Positions 12,201-26,459 are shown, numbered from the whole stretch's first letter. The stretch: 63,654 nucleotides of DNA, filler included, from Reticulomyxa filosa (GCA_000512085.1; 12 parts of 12 records of this genome joined end to end with filler, not necessarily neighbours in it), one strand, 5' to 3'. Translations and numbers: made by a program. The notes: generated by a model not told the origin, from the letters alone.

Positions 12201-12998
12201 ATGCTTATTGGAACATGTCCACACTTCCGAATTCGGCGAGGCTTTCAATAAAGACGCATATTCGGGCATTCCCACTAAATAATGGTCATCAAAGGTTTTG
12301 GGACTGTGGAACAGTATACTCATGGGTGAGGATGGCAATGACAGCACGACAGCAAGCCAATGCCAAGCAAGGCGATAGATCTGAAAATCGAGTGGGCTCG
12401 ACTTTGTGTATTGGAATTTGAACTTGTCAAGTTCACAATTGGCCAAAACGAGTTGAGATAGCAATTGAATCACGCGTTCCTGAGCGTCTGCCGAGTCAAT
12501 GCTCAAGACGTTGTTCAAATTCGCCGAGGCCTTCCTGAGTGCATCCATAATGTTCTTGTGGCTTTGGTTTTGAGGTTTCGCATAAAAATCTTCGAAAAGG
12601 ACTACATTTGGCAATCATCAAAAAAAAAAGTGTAATAAAAAATTATGTGATATAAAATAAATAATAGAAATATTACACACAAAACACACCTGCTATTAAA
12701 TACACAAAATGCTTGCGTTCGAAACCACGCAATTCCAATTTATCACTGGCACATTGTGTCCTGAACGAATTGACTATTTCTTGGAAGTCATTATTATCTA
12801 TCAATAATCGAAATGGATTTTCAATGTTTTCACCGTTTATGGGGTCATTCTTTGCCTCTTCTCGCATTTCAGTGGAGAAGCCAAAGCCAAATAAGCGTTT
12901 AAATCGAGATGAAGTCAACAAGGAAATGGTACGAGATCCTCGGCGTCTATGTCATACATATTACATCATCATTGCATTAAAAAAAAAAAAAAAAAAAG
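9296..12998 (-). CDS. RNF213 (mysterin)-like protein, C-terminal part with degenerate RZ finger, multi-exon, 5' truncated at spacer
   Basis: WTCSNKH..ECPTC (RZ-like), TPKGYV...IVRLLVHLLLL, ALQYLPSII and YGKKYQFTCNLAMLENRLEGRLIAGK occur in the order expected for the RNF213 E3 module and C-terminal domain. Confidence 0.7.
12075..12140. repeat. Coding tandem repeat (DENENK)n
   Basis: ttttcgttttcg / tctttattttcattttcg repeats encode DENENKDENENKDENENENEK on the minus strand. Confidence 0.8.
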
Positions 12999-13098
12999 NN
13001 NNNNNNNNNNNNNNNNNNNNNNNNNNNNNNNNNNNNNNNNNNTTAATTAATTAANNNNNNNNNNNNNNNNNNNNNNNNNNNNNNNNNNNNNNNNNNNN
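12999..13098. other. Artificial contig spacer
   Basis: N-run + TTAATTAATTAA (stops in all six frames) + N-run, 100 nt. Confidence 0.98.
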
Positions 13099-13697
13099 TT
13101 GCATTGATATTTGCATTGATATTTGCATTGATATTTGCATTGGAATTTGTATTTGCAGCTGAATTATAATTTTCATTGCCAACTCTATTTTCATTGGATA
13201 GCTGCACAGCAGTGTTATTGGATGGAGTCTCTATTGTGGTCGTATTTCTATCCTCTTTTCCTTTTTTGTTGTCACTTCCTGTTTCTGTGTCAATACCACC
13301 ATTGCCATTGCTATTACTATTACTATTACTATTGCCAATGCCAATGTCGTTATCATTGCTATTGTCATTAATGCCATCTTTTTTGGAGTCTTTCGAACTC
13401 GCGAGACTGAGATTCGACAGATACGATTTGCTGCTGTGGGCCGAGCTGCCATTTTGCAAAAGGCCCGTGGTGAATCCCAGAAAGCTCGAATGCTGGCTTC
13501 GAACCAGGGCGTTGTCAGACGGCTCATTCAATTGCGAATCGAGCGAATTATTTCCAGCCGTCTTTGTGAAAGCGTCGCCACCCTTTTGTAGCTGGGCTCG
13601 ATTCATCGTGCCAAGTTCATTCGCATTATGTTGCGATGAAACGTGTGCGTTTGACACATTATTGTTTGTTTCATTTTTTAGGCTGTCATTATTATTG

Positions 13698-13771
<74 letters not shown>

Positions 13772-14397
13772 GTTATTATTATCTTCATTATTTGCATTGC
13801 CTTTTAAAAGACGCGATTGGATCAACTCGCATGCCTTTGACAAACTACCTTTACCAGAAAATCCTCCAAATTTTTTGTACTCGATTTCATTGGAAGAGTT
13901 CACATATCCAATTTGCAATTGCGAGTCTGTTATTTGAACTGCCCGAATTGCACATACTTCTATTAATAACTTGGCCCATCCGCCAATTCATTCCATTACA
14001 AACAAATTTACAAACAAGCACAATTTGCATCCTTCTTTTTTTTTTTTTTACAGTGACGTTGACATTTTTTTCTCATGTACAGATTTTGTGCTTTTTCCGT
14101 TAACTTTTTCTTCTGAGCCAAATAAATTCGAATAAAATGACACGTGATTTGCAAACACCCAAAGCAATCCGCTCTTGGCAATTATTGTCGTTTTTAGAGC
14201 ACATTCAAATACTATAATTTATGTTTGTGAGACATGGAGGCTTTTTTTTTGTATGTGGCCTCGTAAAGTCCCAGCTTTTGTCACAAACGTATTTTAAGAT
14301 TAACACCTCCCAGAAATTCTTCTGCAAAGGAAATGTTGAACAGACGGCGGGCAATATTCCCTTTCTCATTGGTTTTGGCATCTTTTGTTGTTGACAT
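13099..14397 (-). CDS. GRAM-domain protein with Asn-rich low-complexity region (3' truncated)
   Basis: Spliced N-terminus MSTTKDAK..RRLFNISFAEEFLG / FECALKTTIIAKSGLLWVFANHVSFYSNLFGSEEK / LLIEVCAIRAV matches the GRAM consensus. It continues into ORF 13043-13918. Confidence 0.75.
13687..13782. repeat. (AAT)n microsatellite encoding poly-Asn
   Basis: About 30 tandem TTA/ATT units. Confidence 0.95.
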
Positions 14398-14753
14398 CGC
14401 TTATCCCCTGTTTGAAACGCTTTCCTTTTTGTTTTTGCGAATTTATTTCAATTTTTCCCTGAAACGAAAGCTGCAAAGAACATTCCTTGCAGAACTGGAA
14501 CCACAACATATTCAACAAGCACTTTTGTTGATTTTGCTCAAGGGCTGTTCTTTATGTTGGAGATACATTTCGCTGCTATTTTTTGACAAGCGTACAACAA
14601 ATTTGAAATTTACTTGTATTCACATCACTGTTTCAATACAAATATGTGAATCAACCAAGTGCAAAAGTTTTGAGCCCTTTTGTCAAGTTGTATACATTTC
14701 TCCTTTTTTTAATTGAAAGTACATATTTCGAACACTTCCTTGCACAAACGAAA

Positions 14754-17434
14754 ATGAGCAAAGAAAGATTTATGCAAGATTCCTTTGTTCGTTCTGGTAC
14801 AATTATTTTTTCTTTGAAAAAATTTTTTGGAGTGAGGTTGGACTGTGTTGAAAAAATACTTTTTCGTTTGATGTGAAACAATACTGCCAGCCCAACAAGA
14901 CAAAGTCAAGAAGTGGCACGACTCGAGTTCAACAAACGAAAAGCCATTGGACAAGTGTAATTTATATGTTAAAGGATTGGGCACCAAGTGCACACAAGTA
15001 ACACTGGACGACCTGTTCAGGACATTTGGGGTGATTGTTCAATCGCGAGTTTATGGTGACGGAATTGGATTTATCCGTTTTGAAAATCCGGAAGCCGCCG
15101 AAGAGGTTTGAATTTTGTGTAATTGAAATAAGCAATAAAAGAAGAGAGTTGTATTAACTTGTTTGTGGGGAAAAAAAAAAGGCAATCACCTCGATGAACC
15201 GAAGATGGAATCCGGACAGTAACGAGCATCTTATGGTGCAATATGCATATAAACGAACCCAGGATGACAGGCGTGAGATTGATATTAAAGGCGAAGTTGA
15301 GTATGAATGATGTGTTGTCAAATGAATGTAAAAGAATTGATATTTAAGAATTGGAGTATGAATATTGAAATGTGTGTGTGTGTTGTTGTTGTCCTCCTTT
15401 CCTTTATAGAAAATAGAAATAAAAATAAACAAGAACACGCAGAACGTATACATTCGAGGCCTGCCACAACATTTCACGAAAGAAAAGCTGATTCGACTTT
15501 GTCGTGATTTCGGAGAAGTGGACACAGACTGGGTTGAGCATTCTGCGAGCATTACCTTTGTGCGCTTTAAAACAGCAAAAGGCGCAGCTCAGGCCATTCA
15601 TTACTTGAATGGACGGCCTTGTTTGCAAGGATTTTTGTTAGCGAAATTGGCCAACTCGTAAGTGTTGTGTCACCTCTCTTTGCACACATTTGTATTATTG
15701 TATTGTAAAGTAAAGTAAGATTTCAAAAATTAATAATAATACAAAAAATAAATAAATAAATCAGAGATCCAGGCCAACCCAAAGTGAGTGTTCGCTTAGT
15801 GTCGTCACTTGATCCGCAAAGATATGAGAATCATTCAAACAACGACAACGACAACAATAATAATAATAATAATATGTCCACAATCTCGAGGAACGAGAAT
15901 GACAGACTTGAAGGAAAAGACAAAAGATCTCATCACCGCAATGACGTGGATCGCAAACATGGAATCGAACAATCAAAGAAGGGCCAAGCAGGTTCGCAAT
16001 GGCCCAATCATGTCGACAACGGCACAAACAACAATAATTATTGCACAGGTAACAGTGTCGGTCGTGTCATCGAAAGCAATCCGATTCCGATAAACAGTCG
16101 TCATAATCAGCCTCTGTACGCAAATGCTACTCCTTGTAGTTTCAATAATGCGGCTCGATCACAAGGGTATCATGGACATTCGCCGCATCTTGTTTATCAA
16201 TCGAGCGCTAGATCGTTGCCAACGTATCAACGTTAAGAAAAATGTGTTATACGTATACATATATATTTTTTGGAGGAAAAAAAATTTTAGATTGGAGTGA
16301 AGAAAAAAAAAAAAAATTCCGAACTTGTGCACATGCATGTATAACGTATACTCTACAAAAAAAAAAAAAAATACTTTTGATAACGACAGAATTCAACTCA
16401 CAGCAGTCGCAACAAGTTTTGAATGATTTTGAATATTCAAATGGAACTGGACCGGTCACGTCATCTTCCACAAACCAGAGTTCTAGTGCTGCTCTCATTC
16501 GACCCCAATTGAATGATGTCAGTCGCGTCATCGATGCTGGCAGTGTCTGTTCCTATTCCTCTGCCATCGCTAAGAGACCGTATTACGCGTTGCCCGGAAC
16601 AATGAAAAGTTCCTTTTTTTTTTTTTTGGTATTTGGTTTAAAAAAAAAGAAAGAGTTAATCGTTGTTTGTTTGTTTGTTTAGATGAGGAGCTGTTGTCAT
16701 GTTCGCATGTGGGCCTGATTACACATCCGCATTTAGATAATTCATTGCACGGAGTGACTAACACAAGAGGCGCTATTCCAGTTCGACCCTCGATGCACAG
16801 TCCTGTATCGTCTTATTTTGGTCACAATCCCAGTATGAACGCCTTTGCAAGTGCATTTCACATTCATACGGAAAGCGAAAGGGAGATGGAGAGAACGGGT
16901 GTATTGAAAAATCAAATCCATGGCACTGGAAATGGATACTCTTCGGCCATTTCTTCCGTGATTTCGACCGACTCGTATCCCCAACTGAACACTCCTTCGC
17001 TCTCACAATCAAAGGCTTCAAGCATGGTCTCATACTTAAATTCAAATTCGAACTCAAACTCGAATTCAAACTCGAATTCAAACTTAAACTCGTACTCAAC
17101 TCAAACTCAAACTCAAACTCGAACTCGAAATCGAATTGTGTCAACAATGGCGTGCAAAGACAACAACCTTTCGTTCTGTTGCAAAGTCTTCGAGACAATT
17201 CCATTGTCAGCAGCCATTGCAATCCTTGATGAACTTCACTGTCTCATCGTCGTTTCAAAAAGTAGCACCGCGGCCACGGCAGACTTCTACGTGTGTCGCG
17301 GAGACTCCAATAATTCATCATGCCCATTGTTTCTTTGTTTTGCTTTTGGATTGCAACACGGACATTTAACTTTGGAAAAAATGGGCTTATTTTATTTTTT
17401 TTCTTTAATTGAAATCATATTGTTTTTTTCCTGA
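14754..17434 (+). CDS. RRM RNA-binding protein (two RRMs plus low-complexity tail), multi-exon; 3' end uncertain
   Basis: NLYVKGLG...LFRTFGVIVQSRV.GDGIGFIRFENPEAAEEAI (RNP2/RNP1). A second RRM reads NVYIRGLP...FGEV...AFVRFK. Asn/Ser-rich downstream exons follow. Confidence 0.75.
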
Positions 17435-17968
17435 TGCCATTGGTGTGGTTTTATAAACATTGGGAGATTTAGGGTGCTTCATTTTTTGTTTTATCTTCCT
17501 TTTTATCAAATAATTTTACCCGTTGCAATTGTTTTTGCAACGTTCAGCATTATATTGTTTTGCTACTTATATGAGTTTTTTTTTTGCTGTTGCAATTTGT
17601 GATCTCGTGAATTTTGTTCCAAATACAATTACAATATACAAATCTCAAACAAAATAATGCACCTTTTGTTTAGTTTCAACTTCATAGTGTTGACATAGAA
17701 ATACTTATCACTGAAAGTCCATCTTTTACAGTTCGGTGCACTTGCTCTTTCTTGTTGTTTGGTTAGGTATTCCAGACTCCAATCAAACAGAGAAAACTTT
17801 TTCCTGTACATTTTTGCTCTTATTTGTGTTAATCCCTGGAAACAAAGAGTCTGCCCAACTAAAGTACACTCCTCAAAGTGTGCTTTTTTCAAAAGTAACA
17901 AGTAAAAAGGACACAGAATATGATAAAAAATAGATTAGAATAATATCAATTAACAAAAAACTGAATGA

Positions 17969-18854
17969 ATGGGCAATAAATTTGTAAAAACACCAGTTAA
18001 AAGTAAGAGTAAGGTCAAAAAGAATAAAAACGACCTTTTGGAACTGCAATACTGGTCAAAAGGATGGTTATTTACCGAAAGCCATGAAAACGCACTCCGA
18101 GAGGCGTTGATTTCTTTTCAAGTGCAAGACTTGGTAGATATTATCATATCGATGATTGGTCAAGGATCTGAACATTCAGTATACTACTGTTTGACACGCT
18201 CAAATATCCGCAGTGTCAAGAATAATGAAGTCATAAAAGCAGACTTTGCCATACCAGTGAACTGGCTGAAGTTTTTTAACCTTTTCAAAAAAAGTATGTT
18301 AATATACAACAATTATTAAATGCAATTATAACGAAAGGAAAGAGTTTCCAATTGTCGTATATGGAGAAGGAGGTGCTGGAAAATCTGCACTTGTCACACA
18401 AATGATACTTAACCGCTTTGCTGAAGAATGTGATCCGACAATTGAAGACAGCTATAGAAAACGAATCACACTCAACGACCAGGGCTCATGCATGCTTAAT
18501 ATTTTGGATACAGCGGGGGGAGAGGAATTTTTATCAGCTAGATATTCATGGATAGAAGAACATGGCTGTAGTTTTATTGTATACAATGTATGCGGATCAT
18601 GTTGTGTTGAAGACGCAATTTTACCGTATCTCAACCGTGTAAAATCAGGGGTGTCAGTAATTATTGTTGGAAATAAGACCGATTTGAGACTTGACACTGC
18701 CACATATCAACCTAATATTGACAAAGTGATTGCAATTTGTAAAGAACGCAATATTTCTTATATTGAAACATCGGCCAAAGAAAACATTAATGTTGAGTTT
18801 TTGTTTCATTATGCCGTTTTCAATACTTGGTATGAGATGAATACTTCTTTGTAA
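17969..18854 (+). CDS. Ras-family small GTPase with N-terminal extension and no CAAX box
   Basis: G1 GEGGAGKS, G2 DPTIEDSYRK, G3 DTAGG, G4 NKTD, G5 ETSAK. One intron at ~18295-18337. Confidence 0.88.
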
Positions 18855-19031
18855 AAAAAAAAAAAATTGTAAAAAGTATATTGAGCAATGACAATTAATC
18901 CTATTTATTTGCTAAAGGCTCTTTATAATCATCTTAATCAAACAAAAACTCATTTTTTCAAAGGTGGTTATAATAATACATAATACACTGCATATTTTTT
19001 TATATTATCTTTACTCAATTCTATGCAGATT

Positions 19032-21357
19032 TTACAATTGTTTCCACAACCGAATTGTTCCGTCTTTAGAAGACGATACAATCATATTACCATTTGATGA
19101 AATATCTAATTGTGTAACTTTATCAGAATGCCCTTTTAATATTTGTATTTCTACACCTAATTTCATGTCCCATAAACGAATTGTTTGATCATCTGAACAG
19201 GATACAATAGTTTGTTTATCTGGTAAAAATTTAACATCTCTTACTACACCAGAATGTCCTTCTAATTTTTGCATTTTTTTTCCAGATTCGATATTCCATG
19301 TGTAAATCGCTTCATCTGTTGAACAGGATACAATAAATTGACAATTACCAGGAAAAAATATTGTCTTCATTATATAATTGGATGAGTCTTTTAGTTCTTT
19401 TGTTCTTTCCCCTGATTTTACATCCCAAATTTTAATTGTTTCATCATCTGAAGATGACACAAGCTGTTGACCATTAGACGAAAATTGTATATCATTCACG
19501 ATATCTGAATGCCCTTCTAATCTTCTTATCTCTTGTCCAGATGCTGTATCCCATATTCGAACAGTTTTATCAAATGAACAAGATACAACCGTGGCTCCAT
19601 CTGGTGAAAATTGAACACTTGTTACTTTGTCTGTGTGTCCTTCTAATTTTCTTATTTCAATTGCTGCTTTTATGTCCCACAATCGAATTGTTTTATCATC
19701 AGAACATGATACAATCCTATTGCTATCTGGTGAAAATTGAGCGTCTTTAATATAACATGTATGCCCTTTAAACATATGGGTTTCTTTCTCGACCGTCATA
19801 TCCCATATTCGAATTGTTCTATCATCACATGTTATAACCATTTTTGTTCCGTCTGGTGAAAACTTTGCGCTATTTATAGCATTGGAATGCAATAGAAGAA
19901 CTTTTAATGGTTTGAAATATTTCATCTGTTTTTTTTTTTTGTAAATATATCTTTAAAAAAAAAAAATATATATATATAACAAAAATACTCAAAATACCAG
20001 AATATATCTCGAAATAATGAGATCAAAATCATGAATCCATCCGATTGGAATAGACAATGAGCGGACCCAATATTGTAGTGTTGATGTAATCTTTTTTTTC
20101 TTCTGTTTTAATTTTATTAGATAATATAAAAACTTATGTTCAGTTCTTTTAGCGCTTGAAATAATTGCAAAAAAAAAACAAACAAACGCAACTTTCAACT
20201 TTTTGATATCAAAACTCTCTTTTATTTCATTTAACTCTATTTTAATTTCTGCAATTTCCCTTTTTTCTTCTTCTTCTGCAATCCATTGTTTTTCTATTTT
20301 ACTCTCTTCGTTCATCCATATGTTTACATTAGTCTTTATGTGTGTTGTTGTTTGCACATTGTCATCATGTCCACCAAGAATGTGGATATATGTATAATCA
20401 TCACTCAATATTCCAACACAGCCGCATAATGGAATAGGCAACGCATGTTCAAATTTCATCCATTTCTTTTCTTTTATCGAATATTTGTGTATTGCATTTG
20501 AAACATGAGCACTAGATTCAGATCCTCCAAAAAATAAGATAATGTTATTGATACACAGATATGCATAATCATACAATGATCTCATTGTTGAACAAACATT
20601 TAATTTATGAAATTCAAATGTATTTATTTCTTCTTTATATTCAATTAATAGCCCTGTATTTTCGCAAAATAACATCATTTCATTTTTCTGTTTGTTATTT
20701 GTTTCCATTGTTATTAATTCATTTTCTATTCTTGATACAAAACAATGACCACCTAATAATCATAATTGGTAAAATACTGCGATTAATATATCGAAATGTA
20801 TTCAAATCATATACAGCAATATGTTTTGGAATATAAGTGATGAATAATAAATGGTTATTACTCCCTCCGATCACTATACGCATTCCTTCATAATCACTTT
20901 CATCTCTTTCAATGTAAATTGGAATATTATTATTGTCAAGAAAAGGTAGCCATTCATTATAATATTCAAAATTATTTATAACACTCTCATCTTCTTCTAT
21001 TTTATTCCAAACGCTTACATATTTCATTATCAATGTATGTTTTTTCTTATTTTCACCTTGTCTACCAATAGATAACAAGGTAATGTCATTTGAATTATTG
21101 CCTGTTGTCCATTTTACCACACAATGTCTCCATAATTCGATATCTTTTGGATAAAAACAGATGCGTTTATACTGATTTGTGGGGATATTATATGAATAAC
21201 ACTCATTATTTTTATAACCTCCACAAATGAGAATTTCGTGTTTATGCACTACGCATTGACTTTGATAAAGTGCGGTAGGCAGAAAGAGCAAGGTTTCAAA
21301 AGGAGTAGTAATGTTTGTATTTGCGCCTTCTTCTAATTTGACATCACCTGAATTCAT
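19032..21357 (-). CDS. Kelch-like plus WD40 repeat protein (frameshift at ~20750; possible pseudogene)
   Basis: Kelch-like segments (ILICGG, LFFGG, HILGG), a WVRSLSIPIGWIHDFD linker and seven GH..WD repeats. The frame changes near LGGHCFV. Confidence 0.8.
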
Positions 21358-21632
21358 TTGATAAAGGAACAAATGCCTTGGGTACAATTATCCAAAGAGT
21401 TTTTTGTTTGAAAGGCGGACAAAAAACGTGTCGTATATGTCAAAACAAACAAAAATAATCCAATATGCAATATAAATTTAATTATTAACATAATAATATT
21501 AATAATTCGTTGCTTGCAATAAATGAACTTTTACCTTTGCTTAAAAAAAAGTGTTGAAGTTGATAATAACTTAATCAATAAAAAATCTCAAAGAAAAAAA
21601 AACGTAAAAACTGAAACAAAAAGATAACCAAT

Positions 21633-23808
21633 ATGAACACTGGAAAAAGTGAAGAAACGAAAATTGGAGTGGACCCACTTTCTCTTGAACAGCAGTGCTT
21701 TGACAAAAAGTGGATTTTACAATTAAACGAGAGAGAACAAATTAATGATTTTATTTGTCTCATTTGCAAACAAATTGCAAATAATCCATTTGAAATTATT
21801 TGTCCTGAGCATGACAGCTTAGATGAATTATTAATTGTTGGAGAAGCGTGTTTGGCACAATATCTCAACAGTAATAATTCTTGTCCTGTTCAGCCGCATG
21901 ATAATTGTCGATATAATAAAATTAAGACAATGCAAAAACAAATTTTGAATTTAACCGTAATATGTCCAAGACAATTTCAACAAGATGCCAAAGTTAGTAA
22001 TAATGGAAATGAAGAAGGACAAGCATCTGAAATGGTGATGTGTAATTTCAAAGGGAAATTAAAAGAATTGAATGATCATTTGGAAAGTGTATGTCCCTTG
22101 AAATTTTCAAATTGCTGGTTTAAATCTTTTGGATGTGATCATATTTGTTTTAAACGTGATTTAGATGAGCATTTAATTGGAAATATGAAAGTACATTTTG
22201 ATTTAGTGATGAAAGCATTTAATTCGTTACAGCAAAGCATCCAGCTTTATCAAGTTTTCTTTTGTTTGTGTTTTGATTATTGTTACCTATTATCAAACAA
22301 AGTAAAATAATCTAAATATTTGTCATGTAAATGTTCAAATAGAAAGAGATAGAGCAACTGAAAAAAGAAATGCAATTGAAAGAAAAAAATGATCAAGACA
22401 ATGCAAAATTGATTAATGAAAACGCAAGTTTAAAACAACAACTATTACAATACCAACAAGATGTTCAAAGTTCAAACTTTTATCAGGTTTTTTTCGTTGT
22501 GTAAGAAATCAGCAATGTTTTTATACATAACCATGCAAAAAAAAAAAAAAATAACAGCAAACAATTCTCATGGAATTGGAAAAATTAAAGTTGGAAATTA
22601 AGACCAAAAATGACGAACTTAAGGTCAGAAATGACGAACTTAAAAAGACAAAAGAAGATTTACAGCTGAAAGAAAAAGAAATTAAAAAAATGCAAGTAAG
22701 AAATAATAATGAATCTAAAAATGAAAATGTATATTTTTCTGCGCTGAAAAAGTATTCAACAATACCTTTTGACTTATTTCATTCCTCACAATTAATCAAA
22801 ACGCTTACTGGTCATAGTGATATTGTGAGAAATATTGACTATTTATCATTTAATGACAGTCAATATATTTGTTCTGGATCAGCTGATAAAACAGTTTGTG
22901 TATGGGATATAAAAACTTGCAAACAGTTGAAACATTTCAAACAACATCCAACCCAAGTATTTTGTGTAAAATTTTCACCTTATCATTATCATAATAAGCA
23001 TTGTTCTGTAATTTGTTCATCCTCAGACGATACAATTCTTCGTTTTTGGGATTTTATAAACGATAAGGAAATACAAACACTTGATGGACATACTAAACGC
23101 ATTACAAGTATGCAATTTTCATCATTTAATGATGGTCAATATTTATGTTCTGGATCATTTGATAAAACAATTCGTTTATGGGACGTTGAGACATCTACAT
23201 CGTCACATGTTTTCAATGGACATACTAATTGGATTTGGTGTGTTGAATTTTCACCATTACAAAGTGACAATATTGATATGAGTATGACTGGTGGTAGTGG
23301 ATATACCATTTGTTCCGGATCGGAAGATACAACCATTCGTTTGTGGGACATCGAAACAAGTAAAGAATTAATTGTTTTTAAAGGGCATGAACATGCGGTA
23401 AATAGTATAAAATATTCGCCATATGAAATAAATAACAATAGTGGAAATACAATATGCTCTGGATCAGATGATGAAACAGTGCGTTTATGGGATATTCGAA
23501 GCGGAAAAGAAATTCATATATTCAAAGGACATACACATGATGTACTTTGCGTTGCATATCCACCACTAAAAAGAAGCAATAACAATGCTACATTTGATAT
23601 GATATGTTCTGGATCATCCGACAATACAATCCGTTTTTGGGACGTTCGAACCAATAAACAATTTCATGAGATTAAAGGAGAAGAAAAAGATAAAGGAATA
23701 AGATGCATTGCATTTTTGCCAATAAGCAACAACGAGAGTCGTAATGAAATAAAAAGCTATGCTTTATGTTATGGATCAATGAATGGTCCAATCCACGTGT
23801 GGGGATAG
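21633..23808 (+). CDS. RING/TRAF-like zinc finger + coiled coil + WD40 repeat protein, 3 exons
   Basis: CLICKQIA...CPEH...CPVQPH, CNFKG..HLESVCP..CWFKSFGC..HL, a coiled coil and WD40 repeats. Introns at ~22254-22341 and 22487-22557. Confidence 0.88.
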
Positions 23809-25014
23809 ATATAAAAATTCAACAAGGGTTGCTGCAAAAAAAAAAATGAAAATACCAAAAATATAAAGAGTTGATTTAATTTGTAGAATTCCACTCTTTT
23901 ATAACTAAAAAATTTATTAATTGCTTTCTCAACTGTATTTGAACTAAAGATCTCAAAAGTTCAGAATTTTTTAACTTACGCATGCCTGAAGCCCGTTTTT
24001 TTAAAAAAGACGTAGTTATGAAATGTCTGAAACATCCACCAAAGGTGATTTATATTCTCTGTTTTGTTAGTAGTAATATTCAGTTTCCCAAGGTTTTTTA
24101 AAGACAAGGCAATGACAGAATTTTTAGTTACGCAAAACTCTATTGTTGCAAAATAAAAAATATTTGAGAATTGGGTGTTGTCAATACATGTGTTATTTTA
24201 AAACAATTTTTTATTTTGTCAGAAGAAGTGTAAATTGCAATTTGATTTAATCAAAAGAAAAAAATCAGGAAATTTTGTGTTGTATTATCACCAAAATGTC
24301 ACAGTATTAATACAAAAAGTAAGTTTGAATTAAAATAAACAATCAATCATCACTTAAAAGAAAAAAAAATTATTTAAAAATATGAAAATAATAATAAAAC
24401 TTAATCAAAATCATGTGTCCATATATCATCTTCTTCTAACTGATTCACAAAGTAAAGATCAAACACATTTTAGAAAGACTGAAAAGAAGTTGATCAATGA
24501 TAGTTGCGCTGACATTTCTTTTGAGAGATAAGAAGAGAGGAAGGAAAAATGTTTGAATTTTTTGCTCAAAAATTCTTTAACAACACAAAAACTTGTTCTA
24601 GTTTTTTTGTTCTAAAAAAAGATAAATATATCTCACATCAAAGTCTTTCCAACAAAAAAGGACTTCAATTCAACTTTTTAATTTGTTGGAATAATTTATT
24701 TGAATAACTCATTGCAATGTAAAATACCTTTCTTTTTCAAAAGGGTACGTTTTTTTCTATTGGAGTAAATAAGAATAAAAATGTATTCCAGAGCATCAAA
24801 GTTTTTTTGTTGTTTTCAGGGGATTGTTTATACATTTAAAGAATGCTCAACACTGTTTTTTTTGCAAATTCAAGAAAATATAAAGACACTTTTGGGAAAT
24901 CATTAAAATTGCGAAAAACAGAAGGGAGAGGGAGAGGAATGCTTTCTTTCTTAAAAGTATTCACAATTCAAACTGAACCATGTAAAGCTTTCGGTTTATC
25001 TTCGATTTAATTTG

Positions 25015-25114
25015 NNNNNNNNNNNNNNNNNNNNNNNNNNNNNNNNNNNNNNNNNNNNTTAATTAATTAANNNNNNNNNNNNNNNNNNNNNNNNNNNNNN
25101 NNNNNNNNNNNNNN
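25015..25114. other. Artificial contig spacer
   Basis: N-TTAATTAATTAA-N, 100 nt. Confidence 0.98.
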
Positions 25115-25632
25115 GCTTGTTTTTTGCAAGATCGAAAAAAAAAAAAAAAATAGTTTACAGTCACACTTCAGCCGCAATCTCACAAAATCCAACTACTATA
25201 AAAAAATGTTATATAGTTAAAAATTTTCTAGTTTGAATTTTCTTTCTTTCTTTCTTGGTCCGGAACTTTCTTGGACTAGACGGCGTTTGAGATACTTTAC
25301 TTTCAAAATCTCCTTCAAAACTTAAGAGATGTCGAAGTATCTTCACACTTCCAACTGCAATACTACTTTTTAAGAAAAGTTAATATTAATGATGAAGTGG
25401 ATAAATATTAATTTTTTTTTTGAAACCAGATATTATGATCAAGGTTACTAACTATAAAAATTAATTTTACTAGTAAAAAAAAATTTTCAGACTTTGACTT
25501 GAAGATTCTTGTTGTGTTGAAACGACTTGATATATCGATATATCTACTTGTTCTAAGTTTACTTTAAGTGATCTCCATATAATCTTGACGATTTTTCACG
25601 GTGATAGTTAATGATGATAATATTTTTTTTTT

Positions 25633-25743
25633 AAAGGACATTCTGTCATTCCTGGAAACGAACGAGCAGATGCAGTGGCAAAGAGGGCAAGATTCCAAGC
25701 AGAGTTTAATCAACCTGGATTATTTAGGAGGCCAGACAAATAG
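25633..25743 (+). mobile_element. Retroelement RNase H C-terminal fragment
   Basis: KGHSVIPGNERADAVAKRA matches the RNase H motif GHxGIxGNExADxxAK. Confidence 0.75.
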
Positions 25744-26459
25744 TCTCCATTTTTGAAAAAATATATATATCCCCTTTCATCATCATTGACTAACTAAAAG
25801 TCAATAGGGGTAAATGCCGGCGCGAAAGGGGTGGCAGAAATGCCAAAATACTTTCACTCATCGTGGCTATGCATCTCATTAACATGCGCTGATGCTGAAC
25901 GGGCCCGCGCGCGAGGAGCAAGGCCCGAAAAAGCAACAAAAAGGCCCCCAAAGCCCGAAAAGCAACAAGAAAGAATGCTTCAACAAATTTTATGTTTGTT
26001 TTATTTTATTTTGATTGCAATAGTCTAGTTTAATTTTATTATTAGTGACTGATATTGTTGATTTTTATACATTTTAATTTGATTGATATTTTCCTTCGAC
26101 CATATAACACCATCATTTGCTGAAGTCTCGTAGAATCTGAGCGTGATCCCAAAGTGACCCTTGGGATTCCCTCTGATCTGCACAGAGGTGAGCAATGCGA
26201 ATGTGTGATGATTACAAATGTTTTGTTGGTTAAATTAACATCATTTTGAATTGTATAAAATGTTGCAATGTTTATTCACCAAAACAAATTTTAAAGTAAA
26301 ATTATTGCTTCAATGTTGAAGCATGAATGTTATTTGTTAGTTACTTTTTGCAATGTATTGTGTTCAACTTTGAGTGATATGCTTGTGTTACAATATTTTG
26401 CCTTTGTCAATTTAACAAATTATTCTTTTCATCTAAAAAAAAACTGTTCATAGATTCGT

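Noticed and set aside
13135-14103. Plus-strand poly-Leu and poly-Tyr ORFs
   Set aside because: They are antisense shadows of the (AAT)n poly-Asn coding tract.
17039-17130. Tandem AACTCGAATTCA-like repeats as a CRISPR-like array
   Set aside because: This is a short coding microsatellite (NS/TQ repeats) with no spacers or cas genes.
25885-25935. Possible hammerhead ribozyme (CTGATG...GAAA)
   Set aside because: The core lacks CUGANGA and I could not build convincing stems.
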